A stretch of 64,000 nucleotides of DNA, taken from contig OY253679.1 in NCBI GenBank assembly GCA_958009085.1, forward strand, positions 744,001-808,000, read 5' to 3'. Under the pieces are notes generated by a model. It did not search any database and had not been told where the DNA came from. It saw only the letters and a program-made list of their open reading frames with translations. This DNA is from Protoeuglena noctilucae (lineage: Eukaryota). Made by a program: the position numbers and the translations under genes. Position 1 is the first letter of the stretch; each line of letters begins with the position of its first letter. This document shows, piece by piece, positions 59,550 through 64,000 of the stretch.

Positions 59550-62500
59550 ATGGGTTCGCGCGTCGCGGTGGTTGCCACATGCAACCTGAACCAATGGGCG
59601 CTGGACTTCGATGGGAACCTGCAGGTGCTGGGAGCGGCGCCGGGTCCTTGCCTGCACACCACGCCGTGCCCCGCTGCCCCCCTCAACTCTTGCTTTCTGT
59701 ATCGCCGCAGCGCATCCGCGAGTCCATCGCGGCTGCACGTGCCGCGGGAGCGCGGTATCGCCTGGGTCCCGAGCTCGAGGTGTGCGGCTACGGCTGCGAG
59801 GACCACTTCCTGGAGATGGACACCGTAGAGCACTGCTGGGAGGTCGTGTGCGAGATATTGCGGTCCGACCTCACCGACGACATGCTTGTGGACATCGGCA
59901 TGCCCATCGTGCACCGCGGCGTGCAGTACAACAGGCGAGGCAGCGGGCGTTCCCAAGCACGCAGCTCGGCGTCCCTCCCAGCCATCACGCCTCGCAGCCC
60001 TCTCCCGTCCCCCGCAGCCGCGTCTTTCTCTGCAACGGCCGCGTCGTCCTCGTGCGCCCCAAGCTTGCCATGGCCAACGACGGCAACTACCGCGAGGGCC
60101 GGTGGTTCAGCCCTTGGGACGAGGCCAGGGGTCTCGAGGAGCTGCCGCTGCCGGGCCGCGTCGCGTCGGTGTGCCGGGGCGGGCAGAGGACCGCGCCCAT
60201 CGGACACGCGGTCGTCCGCGCCAGGGACGCCTCGGTCGGGGTCGAGACCTGCGAGGAGCTCTTTGCGCCCCTGTCGCCCCACGTGCGCCTGGCACTCAAC
60301 GGTGACCGGGACTGCCGGCGGGGTGACGCGTTGCTCAGTTGCTCACGCTCTGCACGCCTGGGCAGTCACGCCTCACCACGTCAGCTCACGGTGACTATCA
60401 ACCGTCCACGTGCTCTCACCCCGCCCCTCCCTGGCCCGCCCAGGCGTCGACATCGTGTCCAATGGGTCGGGGTCGCACCACCAGCTGCGCAAGCTGGAAC
60501 AGCGGCTGAGTTTGATGCAGAGCGCCACGGCCAAGTGCGGGGGGGTGTACATGTACGCCAACCAGCAGGGCTGCGACGGGGGCAGGCTCTACTTCGACGG
60601 GTGCGCGTGCGGTGAGAGGCGCTGCTGGGCTGGACGGCATGCCGCGGCTGCACATGCGTGGGCAGGTGCGCGAGTGCCCTGCACTCTGCACCCGCATAAG
60701 CCACCCACTCAGCATGCCCCGTCTACCCCCGCACCTGTCGGTCTGACCCCCGCAGTGATGGTGAACGGCTCCATGGTCGCGCAGGGGGGCCAGTTCTCTC
60801 TTCGGGACGTCGAGGTGGTGACAGCTGCCGTGGACCTGGACGCAGTCGTGTCGCATCGCAACGCTGTCTCATCTCTGCGAGACCATGCGGCGGGGACGGC
60901 AGCACTGCCCATCGTGGGTGAGTAACCATGTGGGGTGGGCAGCTGCGCCCACCTGACCGTGCCACCTTGCCCTCCCATCCACGCCCGTGCTGCAACAACA
61001 CCCCTTCCCCGCCCCAAACCCCCTGTTATCTCATGTCTCTGCCTCCCTCCCCAGACGTGGACGTGTGCCTGTGTGACCCCACGGGCCTCCAAGCCCCGAC
61101 CCCTCGCATGGCTCCCCGCCTGCACACTCCCGAGGAGGAGATATCTCTGGGCCCTGCCTGCTGGCTGTGGGACTACCTGAGGCGGTCGGGGGCTGCAGGG
61201 TTCCTCCTGCCACTCTCCGGGGGTGCGGACAGCGCCAGCGTGGCAGCTATCGTGGGGTCCATGTGCCAGCTGGCCCTGCAGGTGATTAGCGGTGCATGGG
61301 GAGGTGTCGGGTTGTTGTGACGACAACAGGGCATGAATGTCAGCTGGCGGTGCAACCACTCTCAAACCACCTGGGCCAGGGCAGGTCCTCACGCCACGCA
61401 CCCCATGCTCCCAGGCGGCCCGGGAGGGCGACACACGCGTGCAGGCGGACGTGCGCCGCATTGGGGGCTACGATGGCGAGGCGCTGCCGACGACGGCGGC
61501 CGAGCTGGCGTCGCGCGTTCTGACGACCGTGTACATGGGGAGCGAGAACAGCAGCGCCGAGACGCGGGAGCGCGCGCGGCGGCTGGCGGGCGAGGTCGGG
61601 AGCCACCACCTGGACGTGGGCATCGACCCTCTGGTGTCCGCCCTCACGTCGCTGTTCGCAGCCACCTTCGGCAGGCGAGGGGCGGGGTGCGGGGGTAAAC
61701 TGAGGGGTGCACGAGGCGACTGGGATGGGCGTGGGTGATAGCGTGTGGCTTGCGTCGTCTCTCTGCCGTGCCATGCGAGCGGTGCCACCTCTTGTTGCAT
61801 GCCGCAGCTCCCCTTCATCAATGGCTCTCGAGACACCAGTTGCGCACCCGTCCCTGACGTGTCCAATATCGCTGTGAAGGCTTGTGCTCCCTCCTTCGCC
61901 GTAGGGTCCCTCGCTTCCGGGCAGACGGGGGCTCTGCGGCGGAGAACCTGGCCCTCCAGAACATCCAGGCTCGCATGCGCATGGTGCTTGCCTTCATGGT
62001 GGCGCAGCTGGGGCCGTGGGTGCGGGGGAGGGCGGGGTTCCTCCTGGTGCTGGGGAGCGCCAACGTGGATGAGTGCTTGAGGTGAGGGTACTGTGTGCAT
62101 GGGTGCGCAAGGGTGGGGAGTGGCCACGTGGACGAGTGCTTCAGGTGAGGAGAGCAGTGTAGGCACAGAGAGTGCCAACGTGGACGAGTGCTTGACGAGG
62201 AAGGACGCGCACGGCGTCCCTTGGGAGCCTGTGATGCGAGGCAGCAGGAGGCGGGTGCATGACATGACGTGAGGGGCCGTGCGTTGGTCTCCGCAGGGGC
62301 TACATGACCAAGTACGACTGCTCGTCGGCGGATATCAACCCGATTGGGGGCATCAGCAAGGCGGACCTGAGGCGCTTCCTGGTCTGGGCTGCCGACCGCC
62401 TGGGGTACCCCACGCTGCGGGACGTGGAGCGCGCAGCGCCCAACGCCGAGCTGGAGCCCCTGAGGCCGGGGGTGAGGCCGCAGGTGAGTTGGGGGTTGCC

Positions 62501-63084
62501 AATGGGGTAGGAGGGCCGGGGACAGCCCAGGCTGGGACGAGCGGTCTGCCTGAGGTCGTGATGCGTCAGGACCTCAAGCTGCGCACAGGGCGCGCGCTCT
62601 CCTTTCTGATCGTCTTCTCCGCGTCTCGCAGACGGACGAGGAGGACATGGGGATGAGCTACGAGGAGCTGTCGATCTACGGCCGCCTGCGCAAGGTGGCG
62701 CGTGCGGGGCCCCTCTCCATGTACCGGGCGCTGGTGTGGACGTGGAGCCACCTGTCGCCGACGCAGGTGGGCAAGGACGGGAGGGATGATACCGGAGTAA
62801 AGCGGGGCCGGTGCTCAGGACCAAACCTCGCTTTGAATGCCACGCGGTGTATGAGGCGCATGGCGGCTCTCTCCCCATCGCAGGTCGCGGAAAAGGTCAA
62901 GTCCTTCTTCTTCTACTACGCCGCGAATCGACACAAGGCCACCACTCTCACGCCGGCCTACCACGCGGAGTCGTACAGCCCCGACGACAACCGCTTCGAC
63001 CACCGGCCCTTCCTGTACCATGTGCGGTGGCCCTGGCAGTTCCGGAGGGTGGACGAGGAGGCGAGGGCGGCGGAGGGGCGATGA
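59550..63084 (+). CDS. QNS1: Glutamine-dependent NAD(+) synthetase, multi-exon
   Basis: Motifs [124 protein letters not shown] and [14 protein letters not shown]. Two GC-AG introns. Confidence 0.97.
62047..62200 (+). repeat. Three degenerate copies of an exon end + 5' splice site (GCCAACGTGGAYGAGTGCTTNAGGTGAGG)
   Basis: Copy 1 (the real exon end) ~62047-62087, copy 2 ~62111-62150, copy 3 ~62168-62200. Confidence 0.9.
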
Positions 63085-63289
63085 GCTGCCGTCGGGCGCA
63101 CAGGTCAAACCCAGTCCGACGGGCGTGGCGTTGACTCGGCCCCGTGGGAGCTCGCTTGTGACAGCAGCCGTGACCCGTAACGCACCGCGAGGTCGATTTC
63201 TTGTTTGCGCTCGTCCCTCTTCCGTCAGGGAAGCTTCCCGACTGCTGCGCTGTTGCGCGCGCACCGGGGCCGACCCCCCGTTTGTTTGA

Positions 63290-64000
63290 ATGGAGCAGAG
63301 TCCGATGAGCGACGGCGGGAGGGATGGGCGGCCCCACAGCAGTGAGTAGGGGTGGCAAGGCAATTTGACATCGCAGGGGACCGTGCCACGCGGGGACGCA
63401 GAGATCCCCGGGCGCGTGACCTTTCCTCTAACCTGTGGCAGCTAATGCAGCGGACAAGACCTGCGCCTCGCAGCGGGAGCCCGGTTCCTGGGCAAACGCG
63501 GGGGCGGGAGCGCACGCTTGTTGCTGCCCCCTTGCCGCCCTAGATTGCAGTCGACGAGGCCAGGACTGTCTTCATACGCCGCAAATTCCTCAAACGTGGC
63601 CGTGGGGCATCGATCCGCCGCTCCCCGCCTTCCCGCAGATCCCTTCCACGACGCGGCCCGAGCCGACAACGACACGCCTCCCGAGACCCCCTCGCGCCTC
63701 CGCCTGCCGCGCCGGGCGCCCGCAGACAGCGCGGAGGAGTATCCGGAGACGCCCAGGAGCCCCGCGGACAGCGACGAGGAGCGGCCGTCGAGCCACCACC
63801 AGGCCTCCACACAGGGGACCCCCGCCGCGCTGCCCCCAGTCCAGCGCGTCGGCACCGGCATCACGCGGGCGCTCTCGAGCCGAGCCGAGGACCCCTCTCA
63901 CGTCATCTTTACCGCCCTGGACTTTGGGGACGCGCCGCCCGCCAACCCCTTCGCCGGTCCCCCCAGGGCCGAGCCGCGCAAGAACCCGGCCACTGCCAGG
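63290..64000 (+). CDS. Possible 5' part of a hypothetical protein running off the window end
   Basis: An open frame after the CCCGCAG acceptor at ~63638 (DPFHDAARADNDTPPETPSRL..DSDEERPS..FTALDFGDAPPANPF) continues to the window end. Upstream ATG at 63290 with a GTGAGT donor. Confidence 0.35.

Noticed and set aside
8394..63084. Metabolic gene cluster (DUF1365, methyltransferase, FAR, BioB, SHMT, SDR, NAD synthetase)
   Set aside because: The genes are interspersed with unrelated housekeeping genes over 55 kb and form no coherent pathway.
1..64000. Alternative genetic code (TAR=Gln) or selenocysteine readthrough
   Set aside because: Apparent in-frame stops are explained by introns, and genes terminate with TAA, TAG and TGA at the expected positions.
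1..64000. Introner-like repeated intron family
   Set aside because: By eye the introns share only composition and splice signals, not extended sequence similarity. An all-vs-all alignment would be needed to exclude it fully.

Overview
This is eukaryotic nuclear DNA: very GC-rich, gene-dense, and full of short spliceosomal introns. It looks like a compact flagellated green alga (chlorophyte). The support is an IFT54 gene, plastid-type RimM, FAR and LysM genes with transit-peptide-like N-termini, and TGTAA poly(A)-like signals; the taxon is inferred, not verified. About 28 protein-coding genes can be reconstructed by hand-splicing. The recognisable ones are IFT54, EndoG, EBP2, DUF1365, EMC4, an ICMT/PEMT-like methyltransferase, RimM, COG3, AMT1, NTR, GPKOW/MOS2, a tandem-LysM protein, FAR, an EF-hand+ARM protein, an LRR protein, an F-box+ankyrin protein, a P3A H+-ATPase, a UBL+ZZ BAG6-like protein, BioB, PAC3, CCDC6-like, SHMT, an SDR and QNS1; several others are hypothetical. 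No rRNA, tRNA, CRISPR array or recognisable transposase was seen, and there is one 200-N assembly gap. Notable observations: at least 8 GC-AG introns all starting GCGAG; triplication of an exon end and donor inside a QNS1 intron; an intron-poor LRR / F-box-ankyrin island; a UBL-ZZ-BAG6-like fusion; a candidate furan-fatty-acid DUF1365 enzyme; a membrane-anchored plastid LysM protein; an X-box-like motif upstream of IFT54; and pervasive head-to-head gene pairing. No complete new multi-gene system can be demonstrated from sequence alone. CDS coordinates span start to stop including introns. Family calls come from motif recognition, not database searches.
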